From: Dicyema japonicum
Lineage: Eukaryota; Animalia; Dicyemida
DNA: 64,000 nucleotides
Assembly: GCA_011109175.1 (NCBI GenBank)
Contig: RDEW01000006.1
Coordinates: 252,920 to 316,919 of the forward strand
Direction: 5' to 3'
Shown here: piece after piece, positions 50,871 to 62,545 of the stretch
Layout: every line of letters starts with the position of its first letter
Position numbering within the stretch: position 1 is the stretch's first letter
The notes under the pieces: model-generated
What the model was told of the DNA's origin: nothing
Databases searched by the model: none
The model's input: only the letters and a program-made list of their open reading frames with translations
Program-made: the position numbers and the translations under genes

Positions 50871-52200
50871 CCTTTTAGGTGCATGAATATATTTGTTAGT
50901 TCCTTTATTGTAATATTTTGCAAGAAGTCTTGGATTTCTAATAAATTTAGGTATATTCACCCCAACTGAATTAAATTGTGCCTCGAAGTGTTATATGGTT
51001 TGCTTTATCATCTGGGTTTTGTAAATAATGACCCGTGTTGTCGCAGATTTTCAGCGGCTTTTCGCAGTTCCTCGTGTAAGTAATTTAACAGCAGAAAACA
51101 TTCGTCTTCCATACTGACAGTTTTCAATTTCAGTCGCCTTATCGTCCAAATATTGGTGGCAGAGGTCATTCGATCGTTTTCTTATCAAATGTGATATTTT
51201 ATAACGTTTTCTCTTTAACTTACTTTTATTCAGATTTGAACTTCCCAGTATCGAACGTATTTCCTTCTGCTGTTTCGACAATTTTCTTATTACGGAGACA
51301 TAAATAATACGTCTATTCCGGTATTTTTCCTGGTATCCAACAGTCTCTGTCGCAACACCCCGCAACCGTTTAGAGACATTTTGTTGGTATCTCTTGTGGA
51401 AAGTGTCAAAAGTCAACAATTCCACAGCCAAACGTTTATTTAGAAAAGTATTTTTCCTTTTTACTGTTTCAATTTCAAATATCGTTTAAGATTTAACACT
51501 GTTAATTTATGGTCACTGTCAGTTTTAGTTCCTCCACAACTCCTAGGGTCAGACAACAGTATCTTTAAAGAGATTGGGCAGATAATGTAATCTATTTGGT
51601 TATAAATATATATTGTCGCCGTCTTTGGAACTTCTGTGCCAACCAAAATGGTTTTGTTTTTACAGGGTGTTCAAACGTGGTATTGCATAGATACAGATTT
51701 TATGAATTACAAAAATCAACGAGAGAGTGTCCAGAAAGATTTCGATATCCTCTACCATCTTTATCCCTTCTCATGCCTGCTTTGGCATTCCTATCACTAC
51801 TACTTTAGTGTAGATTTATGAACTTGCACATGTGTTTTCAACAGGATTTGGTAAAACTCGTCCAATTCGTCTATATTTTTCTAAACTCTGCCCATGTGCG
51901 GAGCATATTGGTTGATAAAAGTCATTATAGTATTTTTTGTGTGCGATAAACAAAATTGGATAACAGTCACACGATCATTGGCTGTTTATACTTTATGCAC
52001 GCAGTTGATTAGGTTGTAGTTGATCGCAAATCCAAGACCGTAATGACGATTGTCTGATGGGAGTAAGATAATCCGGTAGTTTCCAAGGGTTCCTTCGTAC
52101 GTTCAGGCGCGAAGAAGGAAGAACACCGGGCAAAGATGTGGTCTCTGTTAGAATGGATCGCATCAAGTGATAACTAGTTTGGCTTTACCGTGGTCTTGAG
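50871..52200 (-). mobile_element. RTE-like LINE 5' part (APE + linker)
   Basis: RHYGLGFAIN, IYNQIDYII and TDSDHKL, plus a linker with KLSKQQKEIR..RRMFSAVK. Confidence 0.8.
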
Positions 52201-52879
52201 TTAAATAGATAAATAAAATTTTTTCTTTAAAAAAATTTTATTACGAAACCATCAACATATAAAGTCATCAATTGTGGAAGACAACTCGTAAGTGGATCTC
52301 CACTAGAACCAATTAAAATAAAAATTAGTACCGTGAATAATTCAGAGTTATCTGAGTTGAATGGTGTAATTTTGGTTAAATTCGTTAAAATTTTAAATTC
52401 ATAAAATAGAAAGAAATCCACTCAAATGAATTTAGTGGCATTTTAATTATATTTTATTATTTTTAATTAACAAAAAACTTTATTAATATTTAAAATTAAA
52501 AAAAATTATTTCTTCAAATGGTTTAAGCTTCAGGTTGAACATGGATGAGTTGCTACAGATAGTCGAGTATCTATAAAATGGATTTCTAGATGCGTCGCTT
52601 TCCAGAAAATGTAAACAGCTTTTTTGGAGGCTTGCCACATTGCTATTTTTCGAGTATTGATTAAGTCTATTACAGAGTATTCCGATTATAATAGGATTAA
52701 TATTGTATTCAGTTGCAATATTGCCAATCATGAGACAACGAACATGCTCCATACAAGAAGATTTTTAATGAAGTTGATTATCCGAAACAAAGTTGACAAA
52801 AAATGAAAAGTTAATTTAATTTTTTTGTTAAAACACAAAATTAGATAATATTTTACATTTTATTGCTTCTAAATATGTA

Positions 52880-53620
52880 ATAGCCAACAGGGAAAGCATG
52901 GATATTAAGTCCCTCAAGGACACTCAGAGGAAATATTTGTTAAATAAATTTTATTGCAGAACACTACACTTTATTTTGTCAAATTGTATGGATGAACCAA
53001 ATGTCGACCTATCTATTTCCTCAAACTGGTTATCCGACGGAAACAACGGCCCACGGAGAGAAGCATTGTACTGTCTTCTGCAAGATAGGAATTTGTCTTT
53101 CGCACACAGGGGGTCATTATGCAACCATTGTAAAAGAAGCAGGAAAGCTGTCGATCATTTGCCCACTCAGTGTGATAAACAGTGATTATCTCCGAAGACA
53201 TAATAAAATGGTAAAGTGTATCCATCTTTATCCTTGTCGAATTTATGGAATAAAAATAAGCAGAAAATTGAAAGGACACTCGGTTCAGTCAATATTGACG
53301 ACTCAAAATGTCGAAATCAGAGCTGACACATCAATTATGACAGAAATAAATTTCCAATTCAATAAACCTGATATTTTTGTTTACGACTTAATAAAGAAGG
53401 AAGTAACCTTAATCGAAGTGGGCATTACCTCACAAGACCGACTAAAGCAAGTTGAAGCTGAGAAACTTAACAAATATGACTTGCTTGCAAATGAACTTTG
53501 GCTACTCAATGAATGCCTAGTGAAGATTTTCAAGTTGTTTTGACATGGGATGGAGTTGTCTCAAGATGCTTCAAGAATCATATGGATAAATTATCTATTT
53601 ATCCATAGATGGGTAATAAC
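52880..53620 (+). mobile_element. R4-like C-terminal fragment (CCHC + RLE)
   Basis: SNWLSDGNNGPRREALYCLLQDRN, CNHC..VDHL..C, RHN and KPDIFVYD..LIEVGITSQD..EKLNKYDLLANE. Confidence 0.85.
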
Positions 53621-53814
53621 AGGGGAGTTTCTTCTAAGAGAAGAAGAGGTACTACCAGAAATCTGGATTAAAATCCGCTTAATTAGTTAATTTACTTGAT
53701 AAGGACTATATTAGAATTTCTCCTATATTACAAAAATTTTGCTTAAAATCAGCATTCTTTAGCAAATAATCTTTATTATTAAAAAGCACTCCCAAGAAAA
53801 CATAAAATTAGTTA

Positions 53815-54130
53815 AGTTTTCCTTGTGCCGTATTCTGCATCATCCTCTCCGTTAGCTTCGACCATGATCTTCTGTTGCGCACTAGTTCTCTTAGGTAGTC
53901 CAGGTCGTCCGGCATTTCCATTATAATGTGAGATGCTGTCCACACTCTTGTAACGTAGTGAATCAGGTCCTGATTGACTGCAAATCCGAGACTATAGTGT
54001 CAGCACGCCAATGGGAGGATTAAAAAGTGGAATTTTCTAATAAGTTCTGTACATTGTAGGGTCGTTTATGTCTCTTGTAGACAGCAGACAGAGACGCATA
54101 CCAGTTGGTGTTTCTTGTAAGGTTGTTTAA
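53815..54130 (-). mobile_element. RTE-like derivative: APE start fused to the C-terminus
   Basis: VCCLQET and HYSLGFAVN are joined near 53930 to DDLDYLRELVRNRRSWSKL. Confidence 0.6.
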
Positions 54131-54429
54131 GTTCTCTGCAATTGAAAGATCCCAGAGTGAACGGAGAAGTCGGTAAGGAATACGAATAAGACATAGTGCA
54201 ATAGAGCCGTCGTCACCACCTCAACCAAGTCACCAGCAATACTTGGAACTTCACCGTCAGGCGCCTGAATAAGTTGCTTATAGCGATGGGTATTAACCCA
54301 TCACAGGGCTTTTTGAAGGATGCAAAAAAGGAGTCCTCTGGGATAGTCGGAGATATCAGTCAGAAGAATGAGGTCTGTAAAATTCATTATTATTATTGAA
54401 CCAAAAAACCACCGTCATAATTAAAATAA

Positions 54430-54790
54430 ACAAATTACAGGTGATCCCAACCTTCCTCAACAGTCTCCGCATCTTTTCTCGGTGTTCCGACTGCGTTCCT
54501 CCGCATTTCCGATATTGACGGGGTCCGCGTACTGGAGTCCTTAGTAAGGGCAATGTTCCAGTCGTCTGACGTCAAATGATACTTTCCCTAGTCTTCTGTT
54601 TGTCGTGAATATTGAATTAATGAATGGTCTTTTATATGCTCGGACGTAGGCAATCCTAAGCCAGCTCTTGTTGCTTCCTGGAAATGATGAAATAGCAGGT
54701 AGCATATCAATTTGGAATGTCCTTCCCAATTTCTGTCTCGCGTATGGGTTCGGGAATTAATTTAATTGATGAAAGAACCTTGTAGTTGTT
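54430..54790 (-). mobile_element. Jockey/I-like LINE fragments
   Basis: APE-start-like segment plus the C-terminal block homologous to 14435-14530. Confidence 0.4.
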
Positions 54791-54804
54791 TAATTGGTGA
54801 AAGA

Positions 54805-55336
54805 ACAGGTGGAGACAGTCAGACAGAATACTTAGGTGATTCTGAACATTATCTGAGCCATCTGAGTGTTTCTAGCATTTGACAGTGAGATCATCATCGT
54901 TAAAATGGTGTTCGAAAAGAAATTCACAGTATAACAAAAGAATCAGTTATACTGTTCAAGGAAACTTTTGTGTTCACAAAATTTTTAAAAACAGTAACGC
55001 CACATATCTAAGAGCAAAATTCCATGAAATTGACATTATTATTGATATACTGATAAGAGAGTTACTGACAAATCTATTTTGTGATTATTTATGACGTTTT
55101 CCTATCAAACTCGATATATCAAAAAATTTTTCAGATTTATCAGTAGTTTTTTTCGGTTTGTCCTGGAAAAGAAATAGGTTAGTTAGGAAATAGAAGTACT
55201 GTGTTGCTTTTCTATCGGTCTATTATACTTCGACAGGTGGAGACAGTCAGACAGAATACTTAGGTGATTTTGAACATTATCTGAGCCATCTGAGTGTTTC
55301 TAGCATTTGACAGTGAGATCATCATCGTTAAAATGG
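54805..55336. repeat. 104-bp direct repeat, copies 428 bp apart
   Basis: 54805-54908 and 55233-55336 (acaggtggagacagtcag...cgttaaaatgg) differ by about one base. Confidence 0.9.
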
Positions 55337-55659
55337 AAAGAGTTTGTTAGTTGTGGACAATACAGAATTAATTCAATTAAAGGTTTTCTTTAGTCTTTAA
55401 ATAAGTCACTTATTATAATGATTTTCAGAAAGATATTTCAGTGGCACATTTTTGTAATTTAAAAAAAAGGCGGAAATTTTTATCAAATATTTCTGAATTC
55501 ACAGTCAAATTTACTTAATCATTAGTTGAAGTTATCGCAGGAGAGTCGCAAATTTTGTATGAGTCCTTCAAACAGGAGAAATGGAGGAGTTCAAGCTTTA
55601 TGGAGACTTATATAAAATACTCAATTAAAAATCCTAATTTCCTTAATTTAAATTAAATT

Positions 55660-56222
55660 GACAGTTATTCAACACAAAACCCAATTTAACCCCAAAGTGA
55701 ATATACGAGAACTAATCATACCAGTTCAGTAATACCCCAACCGGGAACTTAACACAAATGATAGGATTACCGTAACAGTCCTCCAAATTGAGTTTTAAGT
55801 GCATGCAGCGATTCTATAATTATTCAAACAAACAACCGGCTCTTTACCCAATAAATATTCTTTTTTTAATTCAATATCAGTTGGGTTCCCATAGATCAAA
55901 TAACAAAGCACACAGTTAAATGTAAATAAATGTTCCTCATCATTTAGGGTTGATCGGAAGGACACCATCTCATACGAATAAGAGTCAAATTTCCTCTCCA
56001 AGAATTTGTAGTCATATCTAATAAAACTCACAAATCACTTGGTATGTAATTTAATGTGACAAGAAATCCATTCTTATTTATTGATAATAATTCTGTCATT
56101 GATACTATTAATTCCATCTAAGTTTATATTTTTAATATTTTAGTACCACAATTAGTAATTTGCATTGTATAATAAGGAGAAATGACTTTTAGAAATAAAA
56201 CACAGAAAATCGCAGCGTACAT
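55660..56222 (-). pseudogene. Degenerate secreted/membrane protein gene
   Basis: Signal-like MYAAIFCVLFLKVIS and a 29-nt phase-1 GT-AG intron lead into the frame of ORF 55795-56031; there are in-frame stops. Confidence 0.45.
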
Positions 56223-56329
56223 TGTTTTATATAATTTTATTAGTTTTTGACAAATTTAGGTTAGCCATTAAAAAATTAAAAAAACTTTTCATTTATAGTT
56301 TAATTAAAGTCTATAGACATTATACCACG

Positions 56330-56580
56330 TGAGTTCTATCCGAACTGTTATTTACTTCATCTAAGTATTTTTTTGTCTTTACCTTCTTCAAATTTTAAAA
56401 ACTTCAGTGAGATTTTCCAGAGTCAAGGAATTCCCAGTGCCTGCTCACTGAAGAAGAATCTTTTTCTTGTGTCTACACGAGTGAGAATGCCAAGTAGCTG
56501 GCGATTATGGGCGCGATACTTGGAATTGATGCGTTCCACTCGGACTTTGGGAACTAAGTAGAACATCTTTCAGATATATT
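56330..56580 (-). mobile_element. CR1/L2-like LINE 3' end
   Basis: TRKRFFFSEQALGIP*LW resembles RKxFFSxRVxxxWNxL. Confidence 0.4.
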
Positions 56581-56599
56581 TGGGGTTATTAAAAATACT

Positions 56600-58230
56600 A
56601 AGGGATCCTCGACCGGTTCATTTCCGTACAATTACTGTAGAGACAACTAAAGGGATAAGCAAAAAGTCTGTCTTTTCTCAAGAACCTGGATGTCTGGCTA
56701 CACTCAGAAGCCATGATGATTAGATAATATTTTAAATAAAAGAAACTGAGATTATTGATACCCTTTTCGTAAAAGTTGAACACAAATAGAGGTTGTATCT
56801 TTATCCGCTTGAGAAATCACCTATGAAATTAAAAATACTAATTGAAATTGATGAGACGTACTTGGCATCAATAAACTGATCGATAACAGGGCTGATGGAT
56901 AATATACATTGAGAGATGGTTAAATATTTCTCCGTGGAACTTGTCGTCTTGTAACAAAATAACACCTTTTTTGAAACATTCTATTTTGAAACTGGAGATG
57001 GATTTTAATCACTTTGCACAAATCTAGGATAGAGCAAAGGACTATTGCGAAATCTGAAGCTGGTGATATTGTTGAAAATAATAAGAAAGATACTACTTCT
57101 TATCGTTTTCAACCGAAAATCTCTTAAAGTCGATAAATTTTTGTCTCCAAGGAGAGCGGATTCAGAAGGGGACGCTCTACTGAAGATGCTGGTCTGGTCC
57201 TACAATTGGATTTGTGCCCTATTTCAGGGTTCGGCAATATTTTAAGGAAAAGAGCCATTTTTTGTTTTTTGACAATTAAAAAATTGAAGAGCCACTAAAA
57301 AATAACAAAATTATGTTTTATCTAATGATGAGATAATTGAGCCTTTATTTTCTTCGAACTTTGTTATAATGGATACTCACTGTCCATTTCATGTGTGTCT
57401 TTAAACAGTCGATGGTCCCTTTGATAAATTGAATGTTGTTACCTTTGATATAATAAAGTTGGTAATCTTCATAACCAATTCCATAACTTAAAATTCCTTC
57501 TGGAAATGTTCGTGGCGGATAATGCAATGTTATCACGTCATGGTCAATTTTCTTTTTCAAGAGTGAGACAACCCCTTTCTCGATGCCATCAGGCTTTGGG
57601 CACCGTCGGTTGAATTAGATACGATCTTATTCATTGTTATATTGGACTATGACATCGGCAATGTCCTCTCGATGGTTTGACCCTGTAGCGGCAATAATGT
57701 CAAAAGTTCTTCTCTAAGCAAATCTCAAGAAACACAACTTAATATAAGTTCATGAAATTAATATAATATTAATTTCATAAAAACCTGAGTCGGATCCTTA
57801 ACGTCACATGACTCTGCATCGTCACATTGCAAACTATCTTATAAGTTCTTGTGGAAAACGATGTATTTTCTTCGTTTTATTCGTAATATTTTAGAATAGT
57901 TGTTTTGACAATATAGAAAACAGGATGTATTCACCATCTGTAAATGGATTTCGCATTTTTGAATCTAATGGCTGACGATGAAGCTTACAATATTAGTAAT
58001 CCTAGCAGACTGCCTTCAAAGTGTTGAACTTCAATTTTAATATATTTTGGAGTTCTAGTTTTTTTGCATCGCCAATTGCATATTTTCTTGAAAAATCACT
58101 TGCTTTGAATTATAGTGTCTCTCCAGATTCGACTTTTTTTTATAGTTGAATGTTTCGTGCAAAGGAGATATTTTGGAAGGTGATCTGATAAAATGGCAAA
58201 AGTCTCAGTCCATTGAGGTTAAAAAAGACG
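56600..58230 (-). mobile_element. hAT (SPIN/GTF2IRD2-like) transposase remnant
   Basis: NPFTDGEYI, REELLTLLPLQGQT, KIVSNSTDGAQSL..KGL and VMELVMKITNFI, plus a C-terminal FSCL..RSRI. Many stops and frameshifts. Confidence 0.65.
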
Positions 58231-60320
58231 TCTTCTATCCTTTTTTTACTTATTTTTTTATTTATAGACATAATTGAAGAGCCACAAACAGAATTTATGA
58301 TTAAGCGATTATTATTATTTAAGTACTTCACGAGAGCCATACAAATTATACTCCGCATGTGCAGCAAAAGAAACAAGGTTAGATGTCATCCTTTTCCATG
58401 CTCCCCTGTTCCTAGCTAGCGATTAAGATTTTTAAAATTAAAATATGAAAAAATATTTAATTATTTAAATAAAAATAACGATTTGATATATATTTGATTA
58501 CTTCAACTAAGCTTTTATTTATCAAGTGAATTAGACTGTGAACTCTCATTTTTAATTTTTTTATTATTGAGATTGAGAAAAAAACGTTATAAATAACCAC
58601 AAAGTAGATTTGTCAATAAACTCTCTCATCACTAACAATGATGTCAATTTATGGAATTTATGGCACTTAGGTATGTGGCGTGAATGTTTTTATACATTTT
58701 GTGAACAAAAAAGTTTCCTTGACTGTTTCCATAAAAATAAATATAACGACAATGTCTTTTATAAGCTTCGCCCCCTCAAACCTTGCAATGAATGCAACAT
58801 ACCCTTCTCAACTCTAAAGAAGAAATATTAATGAGGTCATCTTTGAACCGGTCGCTGTGAGAACATCAAGACTAATTAGCAGATCACTAATTCTTGTGAA
58901 TTGTATTAAATCGCTTATCGAATGAAGTAAAAACATAAAAAAAAGACATTGCTGGTTCATATAAATAGCTCATTTTAGATTCCAAAACCTTTGTGGACCA
59001 AAGCGTCTTTAATACATCACGTCACCTCTAATTTACAGATATATTTGTGGCATCAATGATGACTGGGAACTTCCATATAAACTGTATGGATTGACATAAC
59101 ATTTTAGACATGTTCCAGTTCCCCCGGAAAAGGAAAAGATTGTTTTGTGTTAAATGACTTTAGTTTAATAGCCTATATCCCTTACGAGGGATTCTTGACA
59201 GAATCCACATATTTTCAAGCAGGATTACCTCTTATTACTCCAAAGGAACCCCAAGAGGTCTTTTTTCGCATTTATTTCAGTTGGGTAACCATTTTCAACG
59301 CGGTTGTGAGTAAATAAACTGATTCTAAGCATTTTCTTATAAAACAGCGATGTACTAAAAAACCTCAAATCTCGTCAAAAATGGACAAAGTGAACTTTGA
59401 TTAGTGGTTTCTAAATATACAGACTCGTCCAAAGTTCAAAGAAGTCATCCCCATAGTTCTTTACAAGGCAGTCCTCAATTAAACTGATGAGATGTATGTA
59501 ATCTTTGACTCAGGTAAGTTCAACTCAGGATTTATCAGTTCGATATCGACCTTTCGCGTATGTTTAAGGTTTTTTGATTTTTGACTAAAATATTATAAAT
59601 TTGTGACATGGTAGCTCAGTTTGAGTCGGAAAATTGACACGGAGATATTGAACATAATGCACTCACAAAGTTCAACATGTTGTGAGGACCATTAAAAATC
59701 TCTGTTATTATCCCTCATAACCTCAAACATATTTTTGGACAGAATTTAAAATTTAGATTGCAATAAGTAGTTTATACCTCTGTCGTCCTCGATATCCTCT
59801 AGTGGACTATAAATATGTTTCAATTAGCAAGTACCATTGGATACATTCTTAGGATGTGTCGAAGCATCCCTATTTATTTTTATTGGATGAAATTTTTTTG
59901 CACTACAAATATAGATCATTGTTGCTTATCTCCATGGATGTTTTTTTTTGTTAAGTTTCCACATTTTTTGATTATTTATTTAACATCCAAAGACAACGGT
60001 AAACCATTTTCGTATTTCGGAGTCAAATCGCATAAGGGCCCCAGAGAAGTCGGTCCGGTTAGATGATCCCCACAAATCCCCGACTCCTTAACTTTGAAAA
60101 CCCATTTTTGCATTTCCTCGACCTTCCTCGTATTTGTCCAAAATGTGGACGGTCCCCACGAGGCAGATGCATGAGAAACATGGCTCGATGTACTGACTTA
60201 TTTACTTTTATTTCAATATTCCTACTTAGATTGTGACTTTTTTTATTTTATTTTAATATTATTTTTTTATATTTTTAATAAAATTAAACTTAAATAAAAT
60301 TGAATTTTGTGGAACGCAAT

Positions 60321-60891
60321 ATGTCAAAAGATCCTTTAGTAAATTTGGAGGTTTGTTTGGAGTGCGAGGTTAAAGAAATTTTCCCAAATGGGGAAGAAGT
60401 TTACATTGAGTAATAAAAAATTAATATTTAAGACCAATGCTATATACAGATCAAATATCTATGAATAACATAAAACTCACCAATGAGGAGAAAGTTGTAG
60501 AAAATTACCACGTTAATAAACTTGATGGAATAAGGAAAGACTTAAAGTTTGTTAATTATTTAATATTTTGACTGGCTTATCAAGAAATATCAGTTCTTAG
60601 AGATTTTCTTAAACTTTCTTCTGATAATGGTTACATTTCCTTTGCCCAACTCCCAATGTCTTCTCCTCCTCCACCTAATCTGGCATTTGACCTTCATTCA
60701 AGGAAACACGTATTACTATTATTTGAACGAAGGCATTGGACAAGGCATATTTCATTCTAATGGAAGGATATTCCAAACTCACTAATAATAAAATGATAGT
60801 AAAATTAGAACAAAATAAAAAATTTTAAAATTAAGAAGAAATTGGACTCTGAGAAAGTCAAAAGAGGGAATAATTGGTGAATTGGATGATG
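60321..60891 (+). pseudogene. MED17: Mediator subunit 17 homolog, 5' four exons only, disrupted
   Basis: Spliced peptide MSKDPLVNLEVCLECEVKEIFPNGEEVYIEP..DGIRKDLKLAYQEISVLRDFL..LHSRKHALDKAYFILMEGYSKLT..LKLRRNWTLRK..GIIGEL follows the animal MED17 N-terminus block by block. Introns at 60410-60432 (23 nt), 60547-60570 (24 nt, ends TG) and 60710-60732 (23 nt); 1-bp frameshift in the A6 run at 60817-60822. Confidence 0.75.
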
Positions 60892-60900
60892 GTATAGTCT

Positions 60901-62545
60901 TAGTCATTCAAAAACTAAGTCTTACCGGGAAATGTAGTCGTACTTTGTGAGATGTCTTATCGATAGCACGGTCAAAATCGTAGCTTCTATTAATGATTTA
61001 TTTAACTATGAATAACTTCTGGTCGCGTGGTGCCATGAGTTTTTATGTGGCTAGTTGCACAAAAATTATTTTCTTTCCTCCGATGGCGTCATTGGATCCA
61101 TCTTACTGGGGAGACGTCAATGCCTTGCCGGCATCAAGAGGATCAAACTATTCTTTTTCCGAGGTACAAAGTTACCTGGAGACAAGTTCTAGCCAGGATC
61201 AAGAGTTAGTTAGTTTGGTTACCCTTGGTCTTTAAATAATTTTAGTTCAATTAATTTTTTTAAATAATATATTAAACCATAATTTTGGTGACTAAATTTT
61301 TTATCAAATTCCGCAATGGAAATCCTGCAAAATAATTTAAACTTCCGTGTCTTTAAGATACTGAAAATCGATCTCATTATGAGTTTTAAGATGTTCTTTT
61401 ATTCAAAAATATGTTTACCCTTATCCCAATGTTAATGATTAAAAGTGACGTTAATGATCGGTGAACCCTTTTTTTCACGAGAGCCATAGCATTTTATAGC
61501 TCCGCATAGGCAGGACACACACTTTATTTAAGTAAAGAACAGTTAATCTTAACTAATCGTAGAACCAAGGAATGATCTTCACTTCTTTTTTTCTTTTTCT
61601 TGTGTGAGTGTCCTTTCTAGACAATCCAGTTCCGCAGTGAGTATTCACTGATGACACGTCACTCGTCAAACCATTTCTGCATCGTAGATGCGTGGAACCT
61701 TCCACCAGGTGGACAGCAGCGAGATTCGAACCCGTAGCCTAAGCCACTTAAGCCCGACATCTAACCACTAAGCCAACGACGGTGAACCCTTTATATAAAA
61801 AATTTAACAAATTTTATTGTGACGTATTCAAATCCAAATCCACAAAACTTTCTCAAGTTAGCTGAAGTTTTTTCCAAAAGAGTAAAAATCTTTCATGTAA
61901 TCAGGATATCTAAAATGGATTCTTCCAAATCATTAATTTGTTTGAGGGTTCCTTTTATTGTTTCCTCTTGATTCACCATTATATTTCATCGTGTATTTCT
62001 TCCTCGTTTTCCTGTAAAATTTCTGATACTGGAATAATGAGTACATTATGTTGCGATAGATTAAAAATTTTAAAACATATGGATTTCTAAATTTCCCAAC
62101 TAATTGTGGATTTAATCTTTCTCCAACATAGTTGCAGATTGGACAATTTTTTCATTAAAGAGCGACAAAATCATCAATTCCATCGCTTGAACATAAATTT
62201 TTGTCGCTTGAAGACATTCGAACTTCAACTCATGTTTGCTTTTAAAATTTTCTAACCACCCATTTGGTTCCTTGAAAGTCTTAAAACGTAATCTATGTCC
62301 AATGTTTGAACCTGAGGATCAATATGGAGACCACTAATTTTTAATCAGTGGACTTGCTGAAAAATTTTGCATTCTCAAGTGCTGAAATACATCGAGAACT
62401 TTTGAATAGGACATAATTTTAAAGGCGAAGGGAACCAGACGTCTCAACAGCGAGTGGAACAAAAAAAAATCCTTGAGTGAGACCACGTTCTTTTTTCGTT
62501 TCATCTTCTCGGCCTTTTCAGCGGCAGAACAAGCTCCAGAGCCAC
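60901..62545. repeat. Segmental duplication copy 2 (carries the SINE insertion)
   Basis: Matches 49508-50822 apart from point changes, small indels and the SINE insert. Confidence 0.92.
61472..61779 (-). mobile_element. tRNA-derived SINE, full-length, 13-bp TSD
   Basis: A-box TGGCTTAGTGG, B-box GGTTCGAATCT and an oligo(A) tail. TSD CGGTGAACCCTTT at 61459-61471 and 61780-61792; the single-copy empty site is at 50043-50055. Confidence 0.95.

Noticed and set aside
58610-58831. Cys-rich ORF as a VPS10/sortilin 10CC segment
   Set aside because: The Cys spacing resemblance is loose, with no supporting upstream exons.
10293-61037. cgtggtgccatg (10293, 14696, 45970, 61026) as the terminus of a new element
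   Set aside because: It encodes the conserved TWHHA pre-RT motif of the jockey/I-like LINE, and RT-like sequence continues beyond it at 60930-61020.
61630-61680. Hammerhead ribozyme on the SINE antisense strand (CTGATGA at ~61648 and ~40717)
   Set aside because: There is no GAAA after stem II and no NUH cleavage triplet in register. Other CTGATGA hits (91, 2918, 59484) fail the same test.
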